Assembly: GCA_036785375.1 (NCBI GenBank) | Contig: JAWMAR010000001.1 | Coordinates: 18,414,001 to 18,478,000 of the forward strand | DNA length: 64,000 nucleotides | Source: Leucoraja ocellata | Lineage: Eukaryota | Reading direction: 5' to 3' | Shown: in pieces, positions 37,181-49,699 of the stretch | Numbering within the stretch: the first letter of the stretch is position 1 | How the letters are laid out: every line of letters starts with the position of its first letter | The notes under the pieces: generated by a model | Seen by the model: the letters and a program-made list of their open reading frames with translations, nothing else | What the model was told of the DNA's origin: nothing | Database searches by the model: none | Position numbers and translations under genes: made by a program

Positions 37181-40100
37181 CTGAAAAATTCATATTCAGT
37201 ATTTTATATAATTGTTACGTTTTATTTTTCCTTAGCCATTTGATGGCACTATAAAATAAATGTTAAATAACAGACATTACTGCTTGTTTACTGCTTCAAA
37301 CTGGCAAGTATATCAAAGATTCCTAGAACTAACTAGGGAAGGACTCGGAAAGTAAGAATTTAAAACAATTTATAAATAAGCTTTCTAGAAAAAAAAAAAT
37401 CACTGAAGACAGCTTCATGGTTAGACAACCTTTTAACAACTGAGACAGAACAGAAAGGTCATATATCAGTGAGTATCAAGTGCGGACAACTGAGAAAAGG
37501 AAAAAAAAATCCCTGCAAACCCTGAATAAAATCAGTTGTTTGAAAGCATGATCACAAAATTAAAGTTAAAAGGGAAAGTTACACACAGCTATAAAGAAAC
37601 ATATTTCTCGTTGCACAAAACATTGGCATCTGTCCTAAATCCTGAATTGGCTTTTAAGCAGTACAATTAAAACATTTCCTGTTTAGTATTTCTGGAGATC
37701 AAGTAAAGAGAAACAGCATGTTACCAGGGATCCCCAACCACAGTGATGCAACTCCGTTCTTCAAGCTCACTGAAGGTAAAAACTAGTACAATATTGAATC
37801 CAGGACCTTGTTAAAAGATTAAGCAATGGACAGGAAAATAGTGTCACGATATGAAGCTCAAATCCACGGATTGCAGAAATTTCCAAATTAAAAGTGGTAG
37901 TCTGTTGTCGAGCTTCGTTTGAAAGTGTCTAATCGAAAACAGGCAAAATGAGCTTCACTGGAACTTGAGATTAAAATTCCAAGTGTTATTGGATTTTAAA
38001 GTTTACAGCTCCTTTTACATAAACAGTCATTGCTCTACTCACGTGGCTTCCTGCACATGGAGTACACAGAGCTCAGTTCCAATCTGTCACTCATTCAATC
38101 GTATGATAGTCAATGTCGTATAATATTAATCTAATTCACGTATTACACGCCAAACACTAAGTACGCCAAACACTAAGTTGCTGGAATTTATTTACCAGCA
38201 AAATGCAGCAATTGCAGGAAATATATTTTCCTCAAAGGAACACAGTATGATTGAGTATGTTCCCAGAAGCCTTCCAGTAAGCAGATTGCTCAAGTGGCTA
38301 TTTTTAAACGTGGTTTTGGTGATGGAAAATAACAACTTTATATACGTTTGGCCTTACAAACAAGCCCTTATCCAATGGTCTTTCAGGTGAGCAGTTTGGG
38401 GTTAAAGCTGTGGGGAACCCAATGTATGGCAGTAACAAATAAATCGGCTTGTTTCTCATTGTCGATAATTAAACACAAGGTTTTCAAATCATTCAGCCAA
38501 TGGAAAAATCCTTTTGAATGCCGCCAATTGAAATAGCTGGAATTTTAACATTTAAACCAGGGCAAATCCTTAACACCTTCTGCAAAATTTGCTAAACTGT
38601 CGTACTATTTGTTGCCGTTCTGGCATGGATTTAATGCTCAGATCCTGCTTTCTCCTCGACGTTAGTCAGCAATGCCCTTCCCCAGCACTCTCAGCTAGCA
38701 ATTAGCACCCAACATTTCCCTCATTCCCTGTAGCATGATCTGCCCTAAACTCCAACAACCAATTCCCTTCCACCAGCTTTCATTTACCCCCCCCCACCCC
38801 CCATCCCAGCTCCCTTCATACAGTACTGCTCGGCTCAGTTACATTCACTCTGAAGTGACCTGATAAGTGAAACTGAAATACGTTTTATTTACCTGATGCA
38901 TGTTGAATCTGTCAGTCAGAGGCATATGAAGATATGAGATCAAATCTCTATTTGAATAGGCACAAATACAAATGGAAAAAAAGTACCTGAATGTCCTGCA
39001 GACGTACAAATGTTGATTTAATTCACTACTTTTGCTCTTATCAGCAACTATCTTAAACCCCATAAAAGTGGTACGGCAGTGGCTCAAATGAAACATTCAT
39101 TTCCCATTCACCTTTATAACGGGGCATTAAGTTTCGCTTGCTGCTTTGCAACAGCACTACAGAGTGCTGATATTTAGGAAACCAATGTTGGGTATCCCTA
39201 TGGAACTGCAGACAATGCACCAGAAAAATAAAGTCAGCTTGCAATGGTCACCATTGTTGAAGTAAATACTGCAGACAAGCACGTTACATGAAAGATAGGA
39301 TCTTTCCATTTAGCTAACACAGCCAAATCCAAGGGTGCTGTGTGTATTTTAAGCTCAAATTCGTGAGCACTGCTGTCAGCTAACAACTGGAAGCAAGCCA
39401 TGTTAATAACATTTTTGAAAAATATTTTTTAATGATCTTCCATTGACCAGAAGGAATCAGTTATACGTTCCACAGTGTTTTATTAATATCCCAAAGTAGA
39501 ATGCTGACAGATTTAAACTCACTTCCAATTAGGTTTACTTTGTTGAATAAAAATGCACACCAACTCAAGATTCCAAAAACAAGGATCTCCTTCTGGTGGT
39601 TATTATGATCAGATAGAAACTTGTAACATTCTTATGAAATCCAGAGATTCATTTCCCAGCAAGGAGAGGTACAACTTGTACAATACAAAGAAGCCTGTGT
39701 ATGCAAAACTGCAATCTGGACTTCCTGGCATCAGACTGCACCCGCTGCCAAGTTTTCGTGTAGGGCAGTAACTCAAGTGTAATTTGGAAGATGGGAGAGC
39801 TGGCATAAAGTAGTTATCAATACAAGGGCAACCATTGTGTTTAAAGTTTCTTAGATTGAAGCACAGATCACAAACAAAATTAATGCAATCCATTGTCAAG
39901 AAAATAGGGGAGACCACTTGGGGTGAATAGCTATCAAATTTATAACAAATTCATTTTGTACTGAAAACTGGAAAAATATCTACATTACAAGGTGATCAAT
40001 GCAAATTAAGGTAGTCATAACACATTAAATAATTTGTCAGCTAATAACGTGAGAGGACAACCAAAACGTCTACAAAGTCTTCCTCATTCTTTTCAGAATG

Positions 40101-41350
40101 TGCAGTATTTTGGGGCAATGACTACTTTTGAAGTGTCACCACAGTTATAATCCAGGAAATTACAGCAAATATGCAATGGAAACCTCCCACAAACAGCAAA
40201 GTCATCATTGGATGAATTGTGCTGCTGATATTGACTGGGATGATTATCACTGGGAACATCACCCCATCGTTTCATTAAAAACTTGCCATGAGATCTTTTA
40301 CGTGAGAAAGCAGATGAGACCTCAGTTATATGCCTTTTAATAAAGACAGAACCCCTAAAGAAGCATTGGCCCAGATGTTAGTTCTCCAGTCTCTGAGAAA
40401 AATTGGAAACCACATTCATCTGTTTCAGAAATGAGCATTGCCTACTGGGGTGTTGCTGAAACAAGTCCTGGATTAATTTCCTTCAAAGACAAAATGCTGG
40501 AGTAACTCAGCAGGTAAACCAGCATCTGCAGTTCCTTGTTGTTACATTATAATTTCTTGGAAAATATGTCCGGTCAGAGAAGAACATATGGGGATGTAAA
40601 GATGGAAAAACATTTTAAAATTATGCATCAGGAGTGCAGAGAAACGCCACACAGTCTTAATCTATGACTGTTTGTCTCCATCTGTTGAATATAAGCTGCA
40701 CATTAGAAACATAGAAATTAAGTGCAGGAGTAGGCCATTCGGCCCTTCGAGCCTGCACCGCCATTCAATATGATCATGGCTGATCATCCAACTCAGTATC
40801 CTGTACCTGCCTAGGGCAAAACAATAGCTAAACATGCTGCAGGAAAGGATGGTTCAGATCACCATACCAGACATGATTATAAAAAGTTAAACTCTTTAGC
40901 AAATTTGACATGTCAGGTAGACAAAATTAATGACACTGCATACACAGCATGGCCTCTCATAGGGAACTGTTTAAAAGTCTCCTTTTAAACACATGACTCA
41001 ACAAAATTGCTTTCAACAATGGCCAAAAGCACTTTACCATGCATAAAGAACTGAATGAGATGGGAATGCAATGTAGCTTTACAATTGAGAATAAACCATT
41101 CCCAATATTGTCAGGGCATTTGTAGTTAGCTAGGCTTTAATTCCATCCCATGCAAAAACAAGATATTTTACCACAAGAAAATCTGGAAAGACAGACCCTA
41201 CAATGCCTCACCGTTGTAAAAAGCTGCCATGTAAAAAAACATCTACAGAGAACCTCACTTCACTCTCAGCTTCATTTCAACATCAGTGCAATATGAAACA
41301 CAACGATCATCAAATAATAATTAAAAGGGGAAGAATTTGCAACTGCTTAC

Positions 41351-43777
41351 CAGAACTCGATGTGGATCCTCGTCCTGTAACCGCACTTGATGCATTCTGC
41401 TCCCGTTGTATTGGCCCACTTCCAGAGCTATCATTTTGAGAGTTTTTGTCCCACAGATTCACATTCTTATAATTGTAGCTAGTGGGATCACCCCAGGCTG
41501 AGGTGCCATCGTCAATCTCCATCTTTCGGGAGATGGATTGCGGTGAAGGCTCTTCCCATCCAGTAGGTTCTTCCTCCTTTGGCAAAGTTTGGATAGTTGC
41601 AGGTGGGACAGCTGAAGAGGGCATCGGCGGCACAGGTGCCGAGCCCCAACCTGGCCCAGACTGTCGGCTATTAGCAGAAGCGGTGCCCCAGGAACCAGAT
41701 ACCTCTGGCTGCTTGTTCCAATTAGAAGTGGTTGCTTTGGATGGCTCACCCCATCCCTGGTGTCTTGTGGGGTCCTCCCACCCACCTCTTTGATTAGTAT
41801 TAGAACTACTGCCACCACTCCAAGATCCTACATCACCACGGCCACTTTCACCCCATCTCGAGTTTGAACTGTCCCAGCCACCTGCTTTTGGTTGCTCAGC
41901 TGGCTGTCCACTTCCATCACCCCAGCCATTATTGGCAGGCCATCCTTGAGTTTGTTGCTGCTTTGCACCCCAACCCGGTTCCTTGGTTCTAGGCCCATCA
42001 TTCCAAGATGGTGCTTTCTCTTCTGGTGTTCCACCTCCCCAACTTTGACTGTTCTTTGGGTCCACCCATCCACTTGGAGCCTTTGAATCCTTCCACTCCA
42101 TGTTTGAAGACTGGGGAGCATCTCCCCACCCAGAGGTGCAGCGACTGGTTTGACTGGACCCTTCGCCCCAGCCCCCTGAGTTAGTGCTCTGAGTGGCAGT
42201 GCTCTCCCACCCTTCTGTTCCTTTGTCAGTGCGCCTCTCATTCCTGGGTAACTCCTGGACTTCCCAAGTTGTGTTCTGCTTTATCTGAGTTTGGCCCCAC
42301 CCAGTGTTTGACAGCACCCTTGGGTCTAGATCAGCCCTGTTTATTACAGTTTGCAATACTTCCTCTTGGTCAGGATGATCAGCCTTGTTTAAGCGCCGTC
42401 CTCCTGGGTGGTTGTCAGCGCCTCCTTTTTTGTTGTTGTTTCGACTACCAGAGTCACTCCCAGTGGAACTAGAGGCCTTTACCCAGCTGGAATTTTGGGC
42501 ATTCTCTCCTTGGTTTTCTGGGGGGGGATTTACCCTGTGATTGTCCCATCCGCCTGTGCCACAATTCTGTTCATTAGTAGAGCCAACCCAATCTCCTTCT
42601 GACCGATTATCAGTCCCTGGCTGTTGACCCCATAAACCCTGAGCACTACCAGATGCTGTTCTGTTCCCTTTACCCCAATTTTTTGCTTTGTTGGGGTCTT
42701 GTGTCTCAGAGTCCCAGGATCCACCATTATTGTCCCATGATTCAGTTCTTGATCTATTCACCAGTAACTGTTTCATACCAGAGCCATTTTTTGCTGCATC
42801 ATCGCCACTGCGTCCATTATTGCCATCAGTTCCTGTACCATTTTGTCCAGAAATGGAATCGGTTCCAGAAGATCCCCAAACTGTATTCCAAGAACCCCCA
42901 GTTGCCCGTCCCTCCATAGTTCCTCTAATACTGCCTTCGGATGAGGCTTCAGTGCTCACAGATTGATTCAATACCAAGGGGTTTCCCAAACCCATTCCTA
43001 AGGGCATGCTCCAGGTCCCATTCCCTGTTGTTTCAGACACTCCCTTATTTTGCAAAGGGTTCCCGGTGCTCTGTGAGCTTGCATTCAAAGAGTTAGTGTC
43101 GCCATTATTTGGTCCATCAGTGTTAAGAGCTTGAGGCTGTTCTCCAACAGAAGCATTCCATGTAACACCCGCATTTTCCGTTTTAGACTGTTTTGCCCAG
43201 GCGCTTGTAGAAGTACCATCCTGATCCCTAGGGCTTTGACCTACTGCACTAAGTTGTGCACTGGAGCTCGAAATGTCCGTCTCCAAAGTACCTTTTCCAG
43301 AAGTGCCCTCCTGGCCCAATACTGGCCAGGCCGATGGGTTGATATTTGGGTTCAAGGTCAACCCAAGGCCAGCTCCATCAGGGCTGCTCAAGTTTTTCCA
43401 ATTGTTAAGTCCGTCTTTGCTCTCCGAAGAGATGGAAGATGCGTGACTGGGTTTAGGCACAAGGCCCATGTTCCAGGCCCCCAATTTACATTCATTCTTT
43501 CCGCTCCCAGCAGCGAACTGGTTTGCAGCTCCTTTGCAATTCCTGGCAGCGCCACTTCCAGGTGGCAGGCTCTTCTCAGAGCCAAGGTTTGAGGCACCTT
43601 CGTTATCTACGTGTTCCGAAGCCGACTCAGAGTCTCTGCCTGTGATGCAAGGCCAAGCCTCCATATCAGACCCGTCTACGATTAACTTATCCCAGCCGTG
43701 GTTGAGGTCAGTGCTGGATGATCCAGAACCCCAAGCAGAATTTGCATAATTTGAACCAGCACCCCCAGGGTTTGTGT
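41351..43777 (-). CDS. TNRC6B: TNRC6B giant GW/WG-repeat exon (Argonaute-binding domain)
   Basis: 2427-nt open exon, ttctag|AC ... G|gtaagc. Motifs WDKLIVDGSDMEAWP, NPNINPSAWPVL, DLDPRVLSNTGWGQTQIKQ, GWEEPSPQSISRKMEIDDGTSAWGDP. Confidence 0.97.
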
Positions 43778-44049
43778 CTAGAAAAAAACAAACAAACATC
43801 TTATAGATCTCCAAGAAAAAGTATTTATATTTGAATGGCTTTTTAAAACCTATTTTTAACACAATTGACACTTTGATTAAATATACTTCTGCCTGGGTAT
43901 GACATTAAGAAGAAAAGGAAAAGTAAAATCTACCAACACGCAACCTGATAAAATTAATTTTTTTTTAAATAAAAATGAGAGAGAGGAAAATCCATCTTGA
44001 ACACTGTTAACCATGAGAAATGTTGACATGCAAGTTAAATACTATTGCT

Positions 44050-44330
44050 AGCACTTTATTTCTTGGAGCACAGGAGGCTCAGGGATAATCTTATAGAGGT
44101 ATATAATATCATGAGAGGAACATATAAGCAGGGTAATAGAGCTGCCAAAGAAAGAAGTTGAGCCAGGTACAATAAAAATATTTAAAAGATGCGTGGACAG
44201 ATACAGAGTTAGGAAAGGTTTAGAGGGATATGGGCCAAACATGATGAAATAGGACAGCTTCGATACAGCGTTTCGTGGCATGGACATTGAGCTGAAAGGT
44301 CTGTTTCCGAGCTGAATGACTGTGACTCTA
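44050..44330 (+). mobile_element. Degenerate CR1-like LINE 3' end
   Basis: aatcttatagaggtatataatatcatgagagga...ggtttagagggatatgggccaaa...ctgaatgactgtgactcta. Confidence 0.65.
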
Positions 44331-44999
44331 TGTATAGATTCAAGAAACCTGAAACCATCTTGAAGTACGCTAGAAACAAGGGTCGTTAATGAAGAAAGCT
44401 TGTAATCCTAACTAAATCTTGGTTACTTTGCAAACAGCATTAATTAATTGCCACCATCTTGAGACTGTTACCCATTATATTTCAGCAGCTGGCATCTCCA
44501 GGGGGCTGACTGATTGAACTTTGAGCCAACCGTTAACATGCAGAATAATAATCCCATGAACAAATCATTGTTGGCATGATAAACAAAGAGGAAATGTGGC
44601 CACAATAATGCAAAATTTGATTGATTCCTGTCATTTCATCGGTGGCCAGGATTTAAACTTCCAAGTTATAATTAATTTGTCTAATTAGGCTCTCAAAAAC
44701 ACTAGACTGGAACTGGTTAGGTCAGTTAAGTGAAAAAAATCTATGTAGAATGATGTGTTCTACGTTTCTATTAAGGTGGATTCAGGTCTACAACCCCCAC
44801 TTATTTAACAACAGTGATAGATGAGGGAAAAAAACCCTTTGGTCCACACCGACCATCAATCATCTGTATACCAGCTCTATGTCCTACACACCAGGGACAA
44901 TTTACAGAGACCAGTTAACCTACAAACCTACACGTCATTAGTATGTGGGAGGATATCAAAGCACCCGAAGGAAACCCACGCGGTCACAGTGAGAACATA

Positions 45000-46821
45000 A
45001 AGTGCCCTTCATAATGTTTGGGACAAAGACCCAATTTATTTATTTGCCTCTGTACTCCACAATTTCAGATTTGTAATAGAAAAAAATCACATGTGGTTAA
45101 AGTGCACATTGTCAGATTTAATTAAAGGCCATTTTTATACATTTTGGTTTCACCATGTTGAAATTACAGCTGTGTTTTCACATAGTCCCCCCATTTCAGG
45201 GCACCATAATGTTTGGGACACACGGCTTCACAGGTGTTTGTAATTGCTCAAGTGTGTTTAATTGCCTCCTTAATGCAGGTATAAAAGAGCTCTCAGCACC
45301 CAGTCTTTCCATCATCTTTGGAAACCTTTATTGCCGTTTATCAACATGAGGACCAAAGTTGTGCCAATGAAAGTCAAATAAACCATTATGAGACTGAGAA
45401 ACAAGAATAAAACTATTAGAGGCATCAGCCAAACCTTAGGCTTACCAAAATCAACTGTTTGGAACATTGTTAAGAAGAGAGAAAGCACTGGTGAGCTGAC
45501 TAATCGCAAAGGGACTGGCAAGCCAAGGAAGACCTCCACAGCTGATGACAGAAGAATTTTCTCTATAATAAAGAAAATCCCAAAACACCTGTCCGGCAGA
45601 TCAGAAACACTCTTCAGGAGTCAGGTGTGAATTTGTCAATGACCACTGAAGACTTCATGAACAGAAATACAGAGGCTACACTGCAAGATGCAAAATAGGA
45701 TGGCCATGTTAAAGTTTGCCAAGAAGCACTTAAAAGAACAACCACAGTTCTACAAAAAGGTTTAGTGGACAGATGAGACGAAGAATAACTTATATCAGAG
45801 TGATGGTAAGAGCAAAGTATGGAGGAGAGAAGAACTGCCCAATATTCAAAGCATACCACCTCATCTGTGAAACACGGTGGTGGGGGTGTTATGGCCTGGG
45901 CATGTATGGCTGCTGACTCACTTATCTTCATTGACGATACAACTGCTGATGGTAGTAGCACAATGATTACTGAAGTGTATAGACACATCCTATCTAGATG
46001 CAGGAAACATGTCCCCGATGTTGGGGGGAGTCCAGGGGACAGTTGACGAATAAGGGGCAGGCCATTTAGAACAGAGATGAGGAAAAACTTTTTCACAGAG
46101 AGGGCTGTGAATCTATTGAATACTCTGCCTCAGAATGCAGTGGAGGTCAATTCAATGTATGTTTTCAAGAGAGAGTTGAATAGAGCTCTTAAAGATGGCG
46201 GAGTCGGGGGATATGGGGAAAAGGCAGAAACGGGGGGTACTGATTGTGGATGAACAAGCCATGATCACAGTGAATGGTGGTGCTGGCTCGAAGGGCCAAA
46301 TGACATACTCCTGCACCTATTGCCTATCTGCTCAAGTTCAAACAAATGCCTCAAAAGTCATTGGCCAGCAGTTCATTCTACAGCAAGACAATGATCCCAA
46401 ACATACTGCTAAAGCAACAAAGGAGTTTTTCAAAGCTAAAAAATGGTCAATTCTTTAATGGCCAAGTCAATCACGTCATCTGAACCCAATTGAGCATGCC
46501 TTTTATTTGCTGAAGAGAAAACTGAAGGGGACTAGCCCAAGCATAAGCTAAAGATGGCTGCAATACAGGCATGGCAGAGCATCATCAGAGAAGACACCCA
46601 GCAACGGGTGATATCCATCAATCGCATACTTCAAGCAGTCATTGCATGCAAAGGATATGCAACAAAATACTATACATGACAACTTTCATTTACATGACAT
46701 TGGCTGTGTCCCAAACATTATGGTGCCCTGAAATGGGGGGACTTTGTATAAACACTGCTGTAATTTCTACATGGTGAAATTACATGATTGGTCTTTGTCC
46801 CAAACATTATGGAGGGCACTG
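45000..46821 (+). mobile_element. Tc1-like DNA transposon with decayed DD34E transposase (about 45346-46670)
   Basis: TA-flanked termini (A)AGTGCCCT...AGGGCACTG with inner direct repeats. Remnants HTH (ISQTLGLPKSTVWNIVKK), WTDET, KHGGGGVMAW, QQDNDPKHT and LNPIEH fall in different frames. Confidence 0.92.
45996..46322 (+). mobile_element. CR1-like LINE 3' end inserted in the Tc1 transposase
   Basis: Homologous to 16075-16355 and 17776-18018; flanked by CCTATCT at 45989-45995 and 46323-46329. Confidence 0.85.
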
Positions 46822-47708
46822 TACAAACTCCGCACAGAGCGCACTCTTACTCAGGATTGAAGCAGTCTCTGGCGCTGTGAGGCAGCAGTTCTACTATTAT
46901 GCCAATATGCAGTCTAATTTCCCTTTCCAAATGTTGATTTGGTGGCTTTTGTTAATCTTGCACTAAATCAAGTGGCCAACCTGTCCATAATAAATAATTA
47001 TTTGAAAAAGGAATCGCCATCGGGGGAAATAACTATGATTATCTGCCTCTGTGTAATTGAATACCTAGAGAGCCATCCTGGAAAGGAGAAAATTCACAAA
47101 CAGTACAGCTTGCTGCAACCACCGTCATGAAATTGGCAACAATAACTGTCTCTTTAATGCTTTTCTTCTAGAGGTATTATGTGTCTAGAAATGCTCACAT
47201 TTATAATTTGTCCTCTGTTGGTGATAGTTTCTATCCAGTATTTCTATAAATTAGTACCAAAAAAATCAGTAATTCCACTGGGTGAGGAAACAGTATCTGT
47301 GTATTGTGCACACAAAGATTTCACTCTTTTTATCTCATTTGATGCATAACCTTGTCTCAAGAAAGTATCGCCAAGTTTAGGTTTATTATGGTCATGTGTA
47401 ACGAGGTACAGTGAAAAAAATGTATTATGCATGCTATCCCAACCAGTATCAGATAATGCTATACATACTACAATCAAGTGAAACTGGATTACAACAGAGA
47501 GCAAAGGCAATATGGAGGGTAGATGGTGTCAGGGGTAGTGTCTGGTCTGTTGCGATTGCTGGATTGCATCTACAACTCTCTGTAACTTCTTGCGATCTTG
47601 AGCACAGCCTGTACAGTGGAATTGAACAAGATCTTACAGTACTGCTACTGCAAAATCAGTTTAAGAACCTTGAAAAGCGATCTAATATTCACCATTCTTT
47701 TGAGTTTC

Positions 47709-48844
47709 TTATGTAAGAATGCTGTTCATCGATTACAGCTCAGCATTCAACACCATCATACCATCAAAACTGATCACCAAACTCGGTAACCTGGGCATCG
47801 ACCCCTCCCTCTGCAACTGGATACTGGACTTTCTAACCAACAGACCCCAGTCTGTGAGGTTAGACAAGCACACCTCTTCAACCCTCACCCTGAACACCGG
47901 CGTTCCACAGGGCTGTGTGCTGAGCCCCCTCCTCTACTCCCTCTTCACCTATGACTGCACACCTGTACATGGTACTAACACCATCATCAAGTATGCAGAT
48001 GATACAACGGTGATTGGCCTCATCAGCAACAACGATGAGCTGGCCTACAGGGAGGAGGTCCAGCACTTAGCAGCATGGTGCGCTGACAACAACCTGGCCC
48101 TTAACTCCAAGAAGACCAAGGAGCTCATTGTAGACTTCAGGAAGTCCAGAGGCGGCACGTACACCCCCATCCACATCAACGGGATGGAGGTGGAACGTGT
48201 TTCTAGCTTCAGGTTCCTGGGAGTCAACATCTCCGATGACCTCTCTTGGACCCACAATACCTCTACTCTGATCAAGAAGGCTCATCAGCGTCTCTTCTTC
48301 CTGAGGAGACTGAAGAAGGTCCATCTGTCTCCTCAGATCCTGGTGAACTTCTACCACTGCACCATCGAGAGCATCCTTACCAACTGCATCACAGTATGGT
48401 ATGGCAACTGCTCTGTCTCCGACCGGAAGGCATTGCAGAGGGTGGTGAAAATTGCCCAACGCATCACCGGTTCCTCGCTCCCCTCCATTGAGTCTGTCCA
48501 AAGCAAGCGCTGCCTGCGGAGGGCGCTCAGCATCGCCAAGGACTGCTCTCACCCCAACCATGGACTGTTTACCCTCCTACCATCCGGGAGGCGCTACAGG
48601 GTCTCTCCGTTGCCGAACCAGCAGGTCGAGGAACAGCTTCTTTCCGGGCGGCTGTCACTCTACTCAACAACGTACCTCGGTGACTGCCAATCACCACCCC
48701 CCCCCCCCCCCCCCCCCTGGACACTTATTATTATTTATTCAAATCGTTTGCTATGTCGCTCTTCCAGGGAGATGCTAAATGCATTTCGTTGTCTCTGTAC
48801 TGTACACTGACAATGACAATTAAAATTGAATCTGAATCTGAATC
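47709..48844 (+). mobile_element. 5'-truncated, young-looking Rex1/Babar-type non-LTR retrotransposon (RT domain)
   Basis: [55 protein letters not shown]. (AATCTG)n tail. TGAGTTTC duplicated at 47701-47708 and 48845-48852. Confidence 0.9.
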
Positions 48845-48917
48845 TGAGTTTCATCTTTGATATTGACTTTTCCCAATAAAACCATCAGAAGCTGAGAATG
48901 AATCCCACCCTACTTAC

Positions 48918-49264
48918 CCACTGGTGTACTGCCGGTGCTGCAGTGGACCGTTGGGTTGCGTCAATGGTTGTGCAGTGCCGGGGTTTGATCCCGGCAACCC
49001 AGGAGGCCCCAGCCCCACCTCCAAGAAGTCCACAGGAAGGCGGGAGGGGGGCTGACCACGTTTTAGTAACACTTTGTGCTCTTGCTGGCGAAATCGAGGA
49101 GGCACCTCACGGGGCAGATAGCGGGCGGGCGTTCCTGTGGCTGGCCGTTGGTGGCCACCGCCCTTTTGGCATTGTTACCACCGTTGCCGGCTGGTGTTTG
49201 AAACACTGCCAACTGAGGGTGGCAGTTGGAGGCTGGCTTAAGCTTGGCTTCGTCGCTTCGGGCA
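48918..49264 (-). CDS. TNRC6B: TNRC6B exon ([12 protein letters not shown]...NGGNNAKR...[25 protein letters not shown]), frameshifted as assembled
   Basis: ccccag|TG and G|gtaagt splice sites. Conserved peptide blocks are spread over three frames, and 347 nt is not a multiple of 3 although both flanking junctions are phase 1. Confidence 0.85.
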
Positions 49265-49699
49265 CTGGGGAAAAAATGTTTACAACAATTAGCCATTGGA
49301 AATTCAGATATATATGCAAATATAGAAAGGACCTTTAATTTCCTCAGTGATTAGAAAGGAAAAATAAAACCCTTTAATATTTTACCAGATTTAATTAAAG
49401 ATGAAAGGCTGGTCTAACTAAATGTTTTTCAAAGTAATGAAGGACATTAACAAGGATCAGCCAAAACAAGTACAGACAAGATCCAACTCTGCTGAGTGCA
49501 CTGGCCGTGAAGAAAAGCAGCTTAAGTGTAATTTTTGACTCTGAGAAATGTGGGCACATAGCTTGCTCCAGAACTTTAGCACACAATATAGGCTAACATT
49601 ACAATCAAGCTTTGAAGGAATGATGAACTACCACAAGCACTACATTCTAGATGCAATTTTACCTCATGAGCAGTATCTCAAACAGTATTACAACAATAA

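Larger units (their letters stand above)
44830..46905 (-). mobile_element. HE1-like SINE split by the Tc1 insertion
   Basis: SINE sequence up to ...gtcacagtgagaacaTA (44999) resumes as TAcaaactccgcaca... (46822). Confidence 0.75.

Noticed and set aside
38147-38178. 16-bp tandem duplication ACGCCAAACACTAAGT
   Set aside because: Ordinary slippage duplication with only two units and no spacer; not CRISPR-like.
38893-38995. Possible microexons (9 nt at 38987-38995; 16 nt at 38893-38908) with AG/GT flanks
   Set aside because: Weak polypyrimidine tracts and no known homologous peptide; cannot be supported without RNA-seq.
40093-40275. ORF starting MKRWGDVP as a candidate for the missing Ago-hook exon
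   Set aside because: Single WG, no DNGTSAW motif, no convincing splice sites.
41310-43871. 853-aa ORF as a stand-alone gene
   Set aside because: It is an internal exon; the ends of the ORF run into intron sequence past the splice sites at 43777 and 41351.
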